64,000 nt of DNA, taken from contig CBDDCX010000006.1 in the NCBI GenBank assembly GCA_965226375.1, forward strand, positions 576,001 to 640,000, written 5' to 3'. This document shows, one piece after another, positions 38,979 to 49,495 of the stretch. Below the pieces are notes generated by a model that did not search any database, was not told where the DNA came from, and saw only the letters and a list, made by a program, of their open reading frames with translations. The translations under genes were made by a program, and so were the position numbers. Within the stretch, counting starts at the first letter, position 1; the number at the start of each line of letters is the position of its first letter. Origin of the DNA: Longimicrobiales bacterium. Lineage in GTDB: Bacteria > Gemmatimonadota > Gemmatimonadetes > Longimicrobiales > Gaopeijiaceae.

Positions 38979-41570
38979 CTAGTTGGCGGCCCCCGCCCCG
39001 GGCTGCCGCTTGGTCTTGGCAACCTTCTTGGCAGTCTTCCTGATCGGAGAAGGATCAGCATCGGTGAGGGCGACGGCGATCACCTGGTCGAGATCCTCCA
39101 CCAAATGGATGGTCAGCTTGTCCCTCACCTCGGGCCGGAGATCCTCCAGATCCGCGTCGTTGTCGAACGGCATAATGATTTCGGTGATCCCGGCTCGGAT
39201 GGCGCCCAACAGTTTTTCCTTGACCCCACCGATGGGAAGCACACGCCCGGTCAACGTGAGTTCGCCGGTCATAGCCACGTCTCTGCGGATCTTCTTTCCC
39301 GAGAGCGCCGACACCAAGGCGCACGCCATCGTGATCCCGGCGGACGGCCCGTCCTTGGGAACCGCTCCTGCCGGAACGTGGATGTGCACTTCGCGACCCT
39401 TAAGCATGTCTTCGGGGATGCCAAGATGCTCGAAATTACTCCTGGCAAAACTCCAGGCAGCCCGGCCCGACTCCTTCATCACGTCTCCCAACTGGCCGGT
39501 GAGCACCAACCCTCCTTCGCCGGCCATCACGCTGGCCTCGACGAACATGATGTCGCCACCCATGGGCGTATAGAACATGCCGGTGGCCACACCGACCGTG
39601 TCCTCGGCAGCCATTTGCTCGGGATGTACTCGCGGCCGACCGATGAGCTCACGGATCACGTCCCGGGTCACGTCCAGGCTGTTCACCTCACCGGCGGCGA
39701 TCTTCCGGGCGACCTTGCGTCCCAACTTGCCCAACACCCTCTCGAGCTGCCGCACACCCGCCTCTCGCGTGTACTCCTGGATGACCGCCAGAATCGCCTG
39801 ATCGTCCAGGAGAAACTCGCCTTCTCTGAGGCCGTTCTCCTTCTCCTGACGTGGAAGCAGATAACGCTTGGCAATTTCGAGCTTCTCGGCCTCGGTGTAC
39901 CCGGAGAAGTCCACCTTCTCCATACGATCATAGAGCGGAGCCGGAATCCGGTCGGAGTAGTTCGCCGTAGCGATAAAAAGCACTTCGGACAGGTCGAACG
40001 GAATTCCGAGGTAGTGATCGGTAAAGCTCGAATTCTGGGCCGGATCCAAAACCTCGAGAAGAGCGGAACTCGGATCCCCCTGGAAAGAAACACCAAGCTT
40101 GTCGACCTCGTCGAGCAGGAAGACAGGGTTCTTCGACTTGGCCTGTCGCATGCCTTGAATAATGCGCCCGGGCATGGCCCCCACGTAGGTCCGTCGGTGG
40201 CCTCGAATGTCCGCCTCGTCCCTGGCGCCACCCAGCGATATGCGCACGTACTCACGTCCCAGCGAGCGAGCGATCGACTGGGCAATACTCGTCTTGCCGA
40301 CACCGGGAGGGCCCACGAACAGGAGAATGGGTCCACGGCCGCCCTCCGGTCCACTGGCGGCGACGGGGTCCGCTTCTTCCTCCACGACCTCCGCTGCACC
40401 GTTCGACCCTTCGGCACCCTCGACTTCGGCATCCACCTCAGCTTCGGCCTCCTCGGCCTCTTCCGCCTCCTCGGCCTCTTCCGCCTCCTCGGCCTCTTCT
40501 GCCTCCTTGGCCTCTTCTGCCTCCTTGGCCTCTTCGAAACGCTCGAGCACTAGCTTGCGAACAGCCAGGAACTCCAGGACACGATCCTTGACGTCTTCAA
40601 GGCCGTAGTGGTCTTCTTCAAGAATCTCCTGAGACAGAGTCAGATCGATCTTGTCTTCCGATCGGATATTCCACGGCAGCTCGGTCACCCATTCCAGGAA
40701 CGTCCGGATGACCTGATACTCGGCCGATTGGGGGCTCGTGCGCTCTAGCCTCCTGAGCTCACGCTCTACCTCCGCCAGCTGCTCCTCGTTCAGATCGAGA
40801 GCTTCGACCCGCTCTCGGAGCTCCTCTATTTCGTCCCGTTCGTCCTCGTCACCGAGCTCCCTCTGGATTTGCTTGAGTTGCTCCCTCAACAGCATCTCGC
40901 GCTGCCGCTCGCCCAGCTCTTCCTGGACTCTCTCCTGGATCTCTTCCTGGGCGTCCAGGCGAGCCAGCTCTCGTTCTACAGCGACCAGAGCGGAACGCAT
41001 GCGCTCTTCGTCGTCCAGCGTCTCGAGGAGGGCCTGCTTGTCTGCGGTGGGCAGCTCGAGGTAGAAGGCCACCAGATCCGCGAAGGCACCCGGTTCGTCG
41101 ACCCCTTGGATCAATTGGTTGAGCGCCTCCGCCGGTACTCCTCGCCGGGTCCCGAGCTCGGCGGCACGCTCCCGCAATTCTTGGTTGAGTGCCAGAAACG
41201 CCGGATCCTCAGGGTCGGTGGCCTCCTGTCGATCCATCTCCAGGAGAACCGCCCGTAGCATCTCCTCGCCATCGGGCTGATAGGAGATGGCCTGCGCCCG
41301 CCCCTCACCCTGAACAAGGAGCTGCACGCCTCCACGCACTCTGTGGGTCTGGATGATCCGCACCACCGTGCCGATGGTGTAGAGCACCTCGGGCACGGGG
41401 TCGTCCACATTCTCGCGTTGAGCCACCGCGAACAATCGTCGGTCACCGTCGAGAGCCTCTCGCACCGCCTCGACAGTGCCCGCGCGTCCGGCGGAGATCG
41501 GGACCGCTACTCCGGGATAGACCACCGTGTCGCGTAGCGGCAGGACCGGAAGTGTATATCGCTCACCCAT
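38979..41570 (-). CDS. lon: ATP-dependent Lon protease
   Basis: LPVLPLRDTVVYPG, GPPGVGKTS, RTYVGAMPG, PKDGPSAG, GGVKEK. Confidence 0.97.
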   Translation of the reverse strand: MGERYTLPVLPLRDTVVYPGVAVPISAGRAGTVEAVREALDGDRRLFAVAQRENVDDPVPEVLYTIGTVVRIIQTHRVRGGVQLLVQGEGRAQAISYQPDGEEMLRAVLLEMDRQEATDPEDPAFLALNQELRERAAELGTRRGVPAEALNQLIQGVDEPGAFADLVAFYLELPTADKQALLETLDDEERMRSALVAVERELARLDAQEEIQERVQEELGERQREMLLREQLKQIQRELGDEDERDEIEELRERVEALDLNEEQLAEVERELRRLERTSPQSAEYQVIRTFLEWVTELPWNIRSEDKIDLTLSQEILEEDHYGLEDVKDRVLEFLAVRKLVLERFEEAKEAEEAKEAEEAEEAEEAEEAEEAEEAEAEVDAEVEGAEGSNGAAEVVEEEADPVAASGPEGGRGPILLFVGPPGVGKTSIAQSIARSLGREYVRISLGGARDEADIRGHRRTYVGAMPGRIIQGMRQAKSKNPVFLLDEVDKLGVSFQGDPSSALLEVLDPAQNSSFTDHYLGIPFDLSEVLFIATANYSDRIPAPLYDRMEKVDFSGYTEAEKLEIAKRYLLPRQEKENGLREGEFLLDDQAILAVIQEYTREAGVRQLERVLGKLGRKVARKIAAGEVNSLDVTRDVIRELIGRPRVHPEQMAAEDTVGVATGMFYTPMGGDIMFVEASVMAGEGGLVLTGQLGDVMKESGRAAWSFARSNFEHLGIPEDMLKGREVHIHVPAGAVPKDGPSAGITMACALVSALSGKKIRRDVAMTGELTLTGRVLPIGGVKEKLLGAIRAGITEIIMPFDNDADLEDLRPEVRDKLTIHLVEDLDQVIAVALTDADPSPIRKTAKKVAKTKRQPGAGAAN
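40440..40536 (-). repeat. In-frame 9/18-bp tandem repeat encoding (EEAKEA)2(EEA)n inside lon
   Basis: Repeated CCTCCTCGGCCTCTTCCG / CCTCCTTGGCCTCTTCTG units on the + strand. Confidence 0.9.
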
Positions 41571-41850
41571 GGTTCCTCACTTGAAACGCCCTCGGACTCG
41601 ATGGCCGACCCGAGGTCGTGAGATGGCACATTAGTGAATTCGGCCCCGAGCCTCGCCCAGGGACCTCGGGAGGACTCCAAACCGAACTGACTCCAGAATT
41701 GACCGCCCTTGCATGAATCCTGCCAGACCCTGAGTGCAAAAACATGCCGGAGTTGCAGTCTCCCTGTCATATTGTCGGCCTTTTTTGGCACAACAACAGC
41801 GCTTAGCTTCTCCGGCCCGTCTACTCATCCTCTTCTTCCGGGTCCCGGCA

Positions 41851-42472
41851 ATGCTCGAAGGCATCACTTGGTTCAGGCAATCATCGGTTCGGATGCGCCG
41901 AGGCGGGATCGAGATGCACATAGACCCCTGGGGGGATATCCGAGGATAGCAGTGCGGACTACATCCTCCTTACACATCCCCACTTCGACAACTTCTCCGA
42001 AGACGACATCGCTCGGGTAAGAGGATCCGAAACCATTGTCATTGCGCCCGCGTCGATGCGGAAGCAGCTCGCCGACGTGGACCACCTCATGCGGCCGGGC
42101 GATATGGTCCACCTGGACGGCATCGAGATCCTGGCGGTTCCAGCCTACAACCGTGGCAAGAAGTTTCACCCCGCCGAGAACGCCTGGCTCGGATACGTGT
42201 TCACGCTGGACGGAATCACGTATTACCACTCCGGAGACACGGACTATCTCGACGCTATGAAGCAGATCCGCTGTGACGTGGCGTTCCTGCCCTGTGAAGG
42301 CCACTACACCATGGGCCCGGAGGACGCGGCCCGGGCCGCCCAGGCGTGCAAGGCGGAACTCGTGATTCCGATTCACTGGGGGGGGCCAGTCGGCACCCGA
42401 GAAGATGCGGAGCGCCTCAAGGAGCTCTTCACTGGAGAAGTTGAAATCCTCGAGCCGGGTATGCCGAGCTGA
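41851..42472 (+). pseudogene. MBL-fold metallo-hydrolase with a +1 frameshift in a G6 run (41930-41935); could be an assembly error
   Basis: MLEGITWFRQSSVR...IDPWG continues in the next frame as ISEDSSADYILLTHPHFDN...YHSGDT...IPIHWG. Confidence 0.8.
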
Positions 42473-42518
42473 GCGATCAGACCCTTCTGACCTATGTCAT
42501 GATCAAGGAGAGAATCAT

Positions 42519-44186
42519 ATGTCCCATGCCAGATACGTTTTCGGCTGGGAGCTCATCGCGGCCCTGGTCCTGGCAAGTGCGGCGAGCGCACAAGTGAGCC
42601 CGAGTAGCTTGGCGGGTAGATCCACTGTCTATGCCCCGACTGCGGCCGTCGCCACGAGTCAGCCACTGGCCAGCGGCGCCGGGCTCGAGATTCTCCAGAA
42701 AGGTGGGAACGCCGTCGACGCGGCCGTAGCGGCGGCGGCCGTCCTCAACCTGACCGAGCCCCACATGACCGGAATCGGCGGAGACATGTTCGCCATCCTT
42801 TGGTCCGCGCGGGATCAGGAGCTCGTAGGCCTGGACGCCAGCGGAAGATCCGGCTCGCTGCTCACACCCGAGACCCTCCGCTCCAAGGGGCACGAGGACA
42901 TGCCCGGGAGCGGGGCAGAGGCCGTCACGGTGCCGGGAGCCATCTCAGGATGGGCCGCGCTCCTGGACCGATACGGTACCATGTCCCTGGCCGAGGTGCT
43001 GGCCCCGGCGATTCGGATGGCCGAAGAGGGCTTTCCGGTAACTCCGATCATCGCGGCTCAATGGCGTACACAGTACGAGAAACTCGCACGCGACGAAGGG
43101 GCGAAAGCCACATTCCTCTACGACGGGGAGCGAGGACCGGAGGCCGGTGAGTGGTTCCGTAATCCCGACCTTGCGAACAGCCTTCGCATGCTCGCCGACC
43201 AGGGCCCGGGCGCCTTCTACGGCGGTGAGCTGGGACGCACCGTCGTCGATGGTCTGGCGAACCTCGGTGGCTACCTGACCATCGACGACCTTCGGGACCA
43301 CGAGCCGGTCTGGGTCGATCCCATCTCGGTCGATTTCCGCGGGTACAGGATTTGGGAGCTTCCCCCGGCAGGGCAGGGCGTCGCCGCCCTTCAGATGATG
43401 AAAATGCTGGAGCCCCTCGACCTCGAGGGCATGGGTCACAACTCCGCCGCCTATCTCCACCACCTCATCGAGGCCAAGAAGCTCGCCTTTGCCGATCTGA
43501 GTCGGTATGTAGCGGACCGGGACTTCATGCAGGTCTCGGTCGACCGGCTGCTCGACGAAGACTATCTCGCCGCCCGCGGCGCACTCATTGATCCCGACCG
43601 GGCCGTGGAGCGGGTGCAGCCCGGTGCTGCGGTCACCGACACCGAGACCATCTACCTGTCGGTCGCCGACTCCGACGGAAACATGATCTCGTTCATCAAC
43701 AGCATCTTCGACTACTTCGGCTCGGGGGTCGTCATCCCCGGCACCGGCTTCATTCTTCAAAACCGGGGCGCCGGCTTCACGCTGGAAGATGGGCACCCCA
43801 ACCAGGCCGGTCCCGGCAAGCGCCCCTTCCACACGCTGATTCCTGGTTTCGTTACCAAGGATGGCGCTCCCTGGATGACCTTCGGCCTCATGGGCGGATC
43901 CATGCAGCCACAGGGTCACACCCAGATGTTGCTCAACATCCTGGTGTTCGGGATGGACCTTCAAGACGCGATCGATGCTCCACGCTTCCGCCATCTGTCC
44001 GGGTACTCCGTCGCGATCGAGGACCCGATTCGTGACGATGTCAGGGCCGGACTGGAGGCGCTGGGCCACGAGCTCACGGTGCAGGGCCCCGGGAGCTTCG
44101 GCGGCGCCCAGGCGATCATCAAGCTCGACCGGGGGTGGGCTGCCGCCTCCGATCCGAGAAAGGACGGAATGGCCGTCGGCCGCTGA
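42519..44186 (+). CDS. ggt: Gamma-glutamyltransferase
   Basis: GGNAVDAAVAAA, GIGGDMF, ETIYLSVAD (nucleophile Thr), LQNRG, KRPFHTLIP, MGGSMQPQGH, SDPRKDG. Confidence 0.95.
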   Translation: MSHARYVFGWELIAALVLASAASAQVSPSSLAGRSTVYAPTAAVATSQPLASGAGLEILQKGGNAVDAAVAAAAVLNLTEPHMTGIGGDMFAILWSARDQELVGLDASGRSGSLLTPETLRSKGHEDMPGSGAEAVTVPGAISGWAALLDRYGTMSLAEVLAPAIRMAEEGFPVTPIIAAQWRTQYEKLARDEGAKATFLYDGERGPEAGEWFRNPDLANSLRMLADQGPGAFYGGELGRTVVDGLANLGGYLTIDDLRDHEPVWVDPISVDFRGYRIWELPPAGQGVAALQMMKMLEPLDLEGMGHNSAAYLHHLIEAKKLAFADLSRYVADRDFMQVSVDRLLDEDYLAARGALIDPDRAVERVQPGAAVTDTETIYLSVADSDGNMISFINSIFDYFGSGVVIPGTGFILQNRGAGFTLEDGHPNQAGPGKRPFHTLIPGFVTKDGAPWMTFGLMGGSMQPQGHTQMLLNILVFGMDLQDAIDAPRFRHLSGYSVAIEDPIRDDVRAGLEALGHELTVQGPGSFGGAQAIIKLDRGWAAASDPRKDGMAVGR

Positions 44187-44201
44187 TCGCGAGCCCTCAA
44201 C

Positions 44202-45062
44202 ATGGACGAGTCTGAGTTCATAGTCTCGGAGGATCATCTGCCGAAGGGAATCGCCGAGCGAATCGACGATCCCCCTTCAAGCCCGGCTCTTCCTCGCCCC
44301 GCAGCCACCGTCGTTCTCATGCGAGACGCGGCGGAGGGTGTCCAGGTCTTGCTCTTGAAGCGCGTTCACAGCGCAGGTTTCGTCCCCGGGGCGTATGTCT
44401 TTCCCGGTGGACGGGTCGACAGGGACGATGCGGATCCGGACGTCTTGAGCCGCTCGGTGAGCCTAGACGCGGACGTGGCGGCAGAACGAATGAAGCTCCT
44501 CGACGCGGACCCCCCGGCGGTCGCCTACTACCTGGCAGCGCTGCGAGAGGCGTTCGAGGAGACCGGCATCCTCGTCGGCCGGGGCGCCGACGGCGAGCCC
44601 TTACCCACCGCCGCCGCCGCTTCGAACGTGCTCGAGGTCCGAGACCGGCTCTTGGGTGAGTCCTGCTCGTTCGCTCAGGCGCTCGAAGATCTCGGCGCCC
44701 TTATCGACGACACGGCCATGGAGTACGTCGGCCACTGGATTACACCGATAGCCGAGCCCCGACGTTACGATGCGCGCTTCTTTGCCGCGGTGGTCCCACC
44801 GGAGTCGGAGCCCGCCATCCACACCGCCGAGATGTTGGATGCGATTTGGATTACCCCTGCGGCGGCGCTGGAGAGGACCCGAGAAGGATCACTTCCGATG
44901 GTGTTCCCCACCATCAAGACGCTGGAGTCCATGGTGGACTTCGACACTGCCTCGGAGATCCTGAGGCACCACCGTGAACGCCCGATCCCCAGCGTGCTCC
45001 CACGGCTGATTCGGACGGCGGACGGGATCATCATCAGGCTCCCGGAGATCATTTCGGACTGA
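44202..45062 (+). CDS. NUDIX hydrolase (NUDT19-like)
   Basis: PRPAATVVL, YVFPGGRVD, AALREAFEETG, WITP..EPRRYDARFF. Confidence 0.88.
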   Translation: MDESEFIVSEDHLPKGIAERIDDPPSSPALPRPAATVVLMRDAAEGVQVLLLKRVHSAGFVPGAYVFPGGRVDRDDADPDVLSRSVSLDADVAAERMKLLDADPPAVAYYLAALREAFEETGILVGRGADGEPLPTAAAASNVLEVRDRLLGESCSFAQALEDLGALIDDTAMEYVGHWITPIAEPRRYDARFFAAVVPPESEPAIHTAEMLDAIWITPAAALERTREGSLPMVFPTIKTLESMVDFDTASEILRHHRERPIPSVLPRLIRTADGIIIRLPEIISD

Positions 45063-45119
45063 ACCGGCTTGGAGGTCCTTCGGCCGACAAGATTCCCACG
45101 GGTCGCGCGCTGGCCACTA

Positions 45120-45827
45120 CTATCCGGGTAGATCATCGCTTCTCAAGCCAGACCCTAGATGTTCGAGCGCTTCGGACCAATGTAGCAATTCTCGCCCCCC
45201 TTTTGGTGAAAGCGCATAGTGGCCCCTCTTCACGCGATCAAACCACCCGTAGTGGTTGTCTCGCAGAATCGGTCCGGCCCGGGCCACCCCGGTACGCTCT
45301 CTTAGGATGCTGACCTTGAGAACCCCCTCATCCGCGAGCTGGCCTGCGCATCGCAGCGCGTCTTGGCGGTATGCTGTGAGTCGTCGCCGAGAGGATGAGC
45401 CCCCCTGCTCAGGATCGCCGACCCGTTCCGAGAACTCCCTGAGCAGACGCTCCCGGCGGCCAACCTGTGTTCTGGGCCGATAGGGCGCAGGGTCCAGCAC
45501 AGCAGAGACATGTCCGCGCGCAGAGACCGTAAGGAGGCCCAGACCTAGGCGGCGAAGAAGGCCCGTCACCTGCCTCCTGCGGGTGCGCCAGGAGGCGCTG
45601 TGGCCCTTTCCGACACGAAATGCCACGTAGACCGTGTCAGAAAATGCGAGCCGGTCGACTGCCTGAAGTATGAGCGCCAGACTCAGTCGTTCTTTCAGCT
45701 CGACTACGACCGGCCCTTCATCATCTCGTACCGCCATTACGTCGCACGCCCCGATCTCTCCCTTCACCACATAGCCCTGTGCTTCCAAGAACAACTTGAT
45801 CGGACCGTAGAGCTCGGCTTCAGGCAT
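45120..45827 (-). CDS. DUF2161-family protein (putative PD-(D/E)XK fold)
   Basis: ELYGPIKLFLEAQGYVVKGEI, VVELK, LTAYRQDALRC, DNHYGWF. Confidence 0.8.
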   Translation of the reverse strand: MPEAELYGPIKLFLEAQGYVVKGEIGACDVMAVRDDEGPVVVELKERLSLALILQAVDRLAFSDTVYVAFRVGKGHSASWRTRRRQVTGLLRRLGLGLLTVSARGHVSAVLDPAPYRPRTQVGRRERLLREFSERVGDPEQGGSSSRRRLTAYRQDALRCAGQLADEGVLKVSILRERTGVARAGPILRDNHYGWFDRVKRGHYALSPKGGRELLHWSEALEHLGSGLRSDDLPG

Positions 45828-46168
45828 TCGCGACCATCGGGGGAATTCGCTCCTCTAGCTTCTCCGGCACATCGATCCGCCCGTGCGATCTACAGATAAT
45901 TCTACCTAGACGCTTGTCGTCACCCGACGTAGCAGACCCGAAGCACTCGCCTTGCGGCTCGCCCTTCTGGTCACCATGCTGGCCGCGCAGAAGAATCGCA
46001 ATGCGTAAGTACGCAGCTCGCGATGAGTCGGGGGGCGAACCCACTCGACGCGTTTCGCCATTCCCATGTTCCCGGTCTCTGCGTGTCGATCAACTTGTGC
46101 CCACTCCGCGGGATGGGCGGGCGCGAGGGAATCTCGGACGGAAGGCACTGGATGCTGACCCCAAGCGA

Positions 46169-47857
46169 TTACATCCGTCTGTAGGCCGGGCCACTCCCCC
46201 CCTCGCGCGGCATCCACCGGGGACCGAGTACGTCGGTAGCCTTGCAGTCGACGCAGTTCGGAGCGTCCACACGTAGCTCTTTGCCATCCCGCTCGTAGAC
46301 GCCCGCCGGGCACATGTGCACATACATCTCGGCTACCTCCGGATCGATCGCCGGTCCGACGATCAAGTGGCTGGGCAGGTCGTCGCGGGTCTGGTTTCCC
46401 GCCTTATAGACCGCATCCACCTTGCTGAACGTGAGCTTTCCGTCGGGTGCGACCGACGGACCTCCGTCGCCGAGAACACGGGCTTCCCCGACGTCTTCGG
46501 CAACCTGAATCCGACCACCCAGAAGCGCTCCTCTCGAGACAGTCATGAGGCCGGCCCGGATCGAGCCACCCACAAAACCCTTCTTGAAGGCGAGGCGGAT
46601 ATTCCTCGTCTTGCGCAGGTCCTTCATGATATAGCTGGCGTCGATCGAGTCGGTGTAAGAGCGGAGTCCCCTTTCCGACACGTCCCCCTCTTTGAGCGCC
46701 TTGAAGATGGTCCGGGCGGCCAGAATGCCCGAGTGCATGGCGTAGTGGATTCCCTTCAGGGACGGGACATCGACGAAACCCGCGGAGTCGCCAACGATAC
46801 AAACGCCTGCGCCATGTCGCTGCGACGGCACTGAGAAGTACCCACCTTCGGGAATGGTCTTCGCGCCCCACTCCACCATCTCGCCACCCTCCAGATAGGG
46901 TTTGAAGAGCGGATGAAGCTTCATGCGCTGAAGGACCTGGTGCACGTCGAAGCGGGCGTCTCGATAGTCGAGACCGACGACCAGCCCCAGCGCGATCAGG
47001 TTGTCCTCCAGGGGATACATGAAGCTGCCCCCGAAAGCGTCGCTGGGGAGCGGCCAGCCCATGGTGTGGATCACCCGCTCGAGGGGCTTCTTCGTCTCCC
47101 ACAGCTCCTTTACCCCAAGAGCGTAGATCTGGGGATTCTCGGACCCGATCCCCTGCCACTGAAGAAAGGCCTGGGTCAGGGGCCCCCGAGTGCCCTCCGC
47201 GAGCACCGTGACCTGAGCGGTCAGGTCCATCGGCGGCATGTAATCGCTGCCCCCCGGCTGGCCGTCACGGTCCAAACCAGAGGCGGTGGTGCGCACACCG
47301 ATGACCTGATTACCGTCGCCCTCCACGAGTAACCCGCCCACGGCGAAGCCGGGAAAGACGTTGATCCCCAACCCCTCGGCCTTTTCCCCCAGCCAGCGTA
47401 CGATTTCACAGATCGACGCCATGTAGTTGCCGTGGTTCTTCATCGTCGGGGGGGTCGGTACCCGCACGGACCTGTGCTCCGTGAGAAAGTAGACGGCCTC
47501 GCCGGTGACCGGTCCCCGGAGGGGAAGGTCGGCCACGTCCAACTCGGGGAAGAGCTCCCGGAAGGCGCTCGGGTTGACCACGGCACCCGAGAGCGAGTGC
47601 TCTCCGAGCTGACCCGCCTTCTCCAGAACTCCGATCTCGACATCGCCGAGTGCGCCGCCGTCTTCGTTGTCCTTCGCCACGAGACGGGCCAACTCTATGG
47701 CCCCCGCGAGCCCCGCCGGCCCTCCACCGACGAAGATGACGTCCATGGGCACTGCCTCTTCATCGGGCTGTTCCCGCAGGATCATGTCCTCCATGGGCAG
47801 CGGCGGCTGGTACTTCGCCGGCCTTACCGGCCCCTTGAGCTGGTCTTGATGGGACAT
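46169..47857 (-). CDS. Electron transfer flavoprotein:quinone oxidoreductase
   Basis: VGGGPAGL, LSGAV, YALGVKE, AKTIPEGG, KGIHYAM; Fe-S region CPAGVY...NCVDCKAT (T where a fourth Cys is usual). Confidence 0.9.
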   Translation of the reverse strand: MSHQDQLKGPVRPAKYQPPLPMEDMILREQPDEEAVPMDVIFVGGGPAGLAGAIELARLVAKDNEDGGALGDVEIGVLEKAGQLGEHSLSGAVVNPSAFRELFPELDVADLPLRGPVTGEAVYFLTEHRSVRVPTPPTMKNHGNYMASICEIVRWLGEKAEGLGINVFPGFAVGGLLVEGDGNQVIGVRTTASGLDRDGQPGGSDYMPPMDLTAQVTVLAEGTRGPLTQAFLQWQGIGSENPQIYALGVKELWETKKPLERVIHTMGWPLPSDAFGGSFMYPLEDNLIALGLVVGLDYRDARFDVHQVLQRMKLHPLFKPYLEGGEMVEWGAKTIPEGGYFSVPSQRHGAGVCIVGDSAGFVDVPSLKGIHYAMHSGILAARTIFKALKEGDVSERGLRSYTDSIDASYIMKDLRKTRNIRLAFKKGFVGGSIRAGLMTVSRGALLGGRIQVAEDVGEARVLGDGGPSVAPDGKLTFSKVDAVYKAGNQTRDDLPSHLIVGPAIDPEVAEMYVHMCPAGVYERDGKELRVDAPNCVDCKATDVLGPRWMPREGGSGPAYRRM

Positions 47858-48009
47858 GGTGGCTCCTTCTATCGGTCTGGCCGCCCAGGCTCGAACAACC
47901 GTCGTTGGCTCGGGATCCGTTGAATCGACCCAGTGTATGCTAACCGCTCACGTCGGCGCCTCAACCCGCGTCCTCCGTCGCACAACCTTATCCAGGACGG
48001 GAATCTGGT

Positions 48010-49479
48010 ATGACACCAAGTAGACCCCGCACCGTCGGAGAGCTGAAGGCGACGGGCTACGAGCCCCGGAGCGTGAAGGATGAACTGAGACGTAACCTGA
48101 TCGCGAAGCTCCAGTCGGGAGAGACGCTCTTCCCCGGCATCGTCGGATTCGACGACAGTGTGATCCCCCAGATCGTCAACGCTGTTCTGGCTCGGCACGA
48201 CTTCATTCTCCTGGGACTCAGAGGTCAGGCCAAGAGCCGAATCCTCAGACAGTTGGTGGAGCTCCTCGACGACGAGATGCCCATTCTGGAGGGGAGTGAG
48301 ATCAACGACGATCCCCTGCAACCGATCTCCAAGTACGCTCGCATGCTACTCGAGTCCGAGGGCGACAGCGCGCCGGTCTCGTGGGTCACCCGTGACCACC
48401 GCTTCGTGGAGAAGCTCGCCACTCCCGACGTGACCATCGGTGACATCATCGGAGACGTGGATCCCATCAAGGCCGCCCGGGGCGGTCACATCCTGGCCGA
48501 CGAACTGACCATTCACTACGGGCTGCTACCCAGGGCCAACCGCGGGATCTTCGCGGTGAACGAACTGCCTGATCTGGCCGGAAAAATCCAGGTGGGGCTC
48601 TTCAACATCCTCCAGGAGGGGGACGTGCAGGTGAAGGGCTACCCGATTCGCCTGCCTCTGGACGTATTCCTGGTCTTCACCGCCAACCCGGAAGACTACA
48701 CGGCCCGGGGAAAGATCATCACACCCCTGAAGGACCGCATCGGAGCGGAGATCAGCACGCACTATCCCACCGATGTGTCGGTCGGCATGGACATCACCCG
48801 TCAGGAGGCCTGGGTCGACCGTGATTGCGTCGATATCGAGGTCCCGGACTTTCTCGCCGAGGTCGTGGAGCGTATCGCCTTCCTCGGACGGGGAGACAAG
48901 CGTATCGACCAGCGCTCCGGCGTCAGCCAGCGTATGCCGATTACGGCCCTGGAGAGTGTGGTCTCTTCCGCGGAGCGGCGTGCCCTCACGCTGAAGGAGG
49001 AGAAGGCAGTTCCACGTCTCAGCGACATCTACGGATCCCTTCCGGCCATCACGGGGAAAATCGAACTCGAGTACGAGGGTGAGCTGCACGGCTCGGACCG
49101 TATAGCTCGAGAGCTGATCAGCGCTGCGGCCAACGAAGTTTTCCAGACGCGTGCCGGAGGCGCGGACGTCGACGAGATCGTCGAGTACTTCGAGATGGGC
49201 GGCGCACTCCAGGTGGGTGCCGACAGCTCGGCCGAGGCGTGCGTCAAGGGCTTCGAGGTGGTGCCCGGACTCCTCCACCTGGTGGAGCACGTAGGGCTGG
49301 CGCCCAAGTCGTCGTCTGACGGATGCCGGGTCGGAGCCTGTGAACTCGTCCTCGAAGCGCTGGTCGCGGAGAAGCGGATCAGCCGCTCGACCAGTGGGGG
49401 GTACGCTCGGGCTCGCCAGGATCCCTCTCCCGGAAAGGGCTACAAGGGCTTCGATCCGTTTGGGGGCATCAACGCCTAG
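48010..49479 (+). CDS. AAA+ ATPase of the Mg-chelatase-subunit-like family that pairs with VWA proteins
   Basis: GLRGQAKSR, EKLATPD, RANRGIFAVNELPDL, TANPEDYTARGKIITPLKDR. Confidence 0.85.
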   Translation: MTPSRPRTVGELKATGYEPRSVKDELRRNLIAKLQSGETLFPGIVGFDDSVIPQIVNAVLARHDFILLGLRGQAKSRILRQLVELLDDEMPILEGSEINDDPLQPISKYARMLLESEGDSAPVSWVTRDHRFVEKLATPDVTIGDIIGDVDPIKAARGGHILADELTIHYGLLPRANRGIFAVNELPDLAGKIQVGLFNILQEGDVQVKGYPIRLPLDVFLVFTANPEDYTARGKIITPLKDRIGAEISTHYPTDVSVGMDITRQEAWVDRDCVDIEVPDFLAEVVERIAFLGRGDKRIDQRSGVSQRMPITALESVVSSAERRALTLKEEKAVPRLSDIYGSLPAITGKIELEYEGELHGSDRIARELISAAANEVFQTRAGGADVDEIVEYFEMGGALQVGADSSAEACVKGFEVVPGLLHLVEHVGLAPKSSSDGCRVGACELVLEALVAEKRISRSTSGGYARARQDPSPGKGYKGFDPFGGINA

Positions 49480-49495
49480 CGCGCTTCCTGTGCAG

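Noticed and set aside
41700..41805. Sigma54-like GG-N10-GC and half-CIRCE-like (GAGTGCAAA) sites near lon
   Set aside because: Matches are partial and the CIRCE left arm is missing
45906..46067. 53-aa minus-strand ORF (MGMAKRVEW...) between ETF-QO and DUF2161
   Set aside because: No recognisable motif and only a weak RBS; cannot be supported
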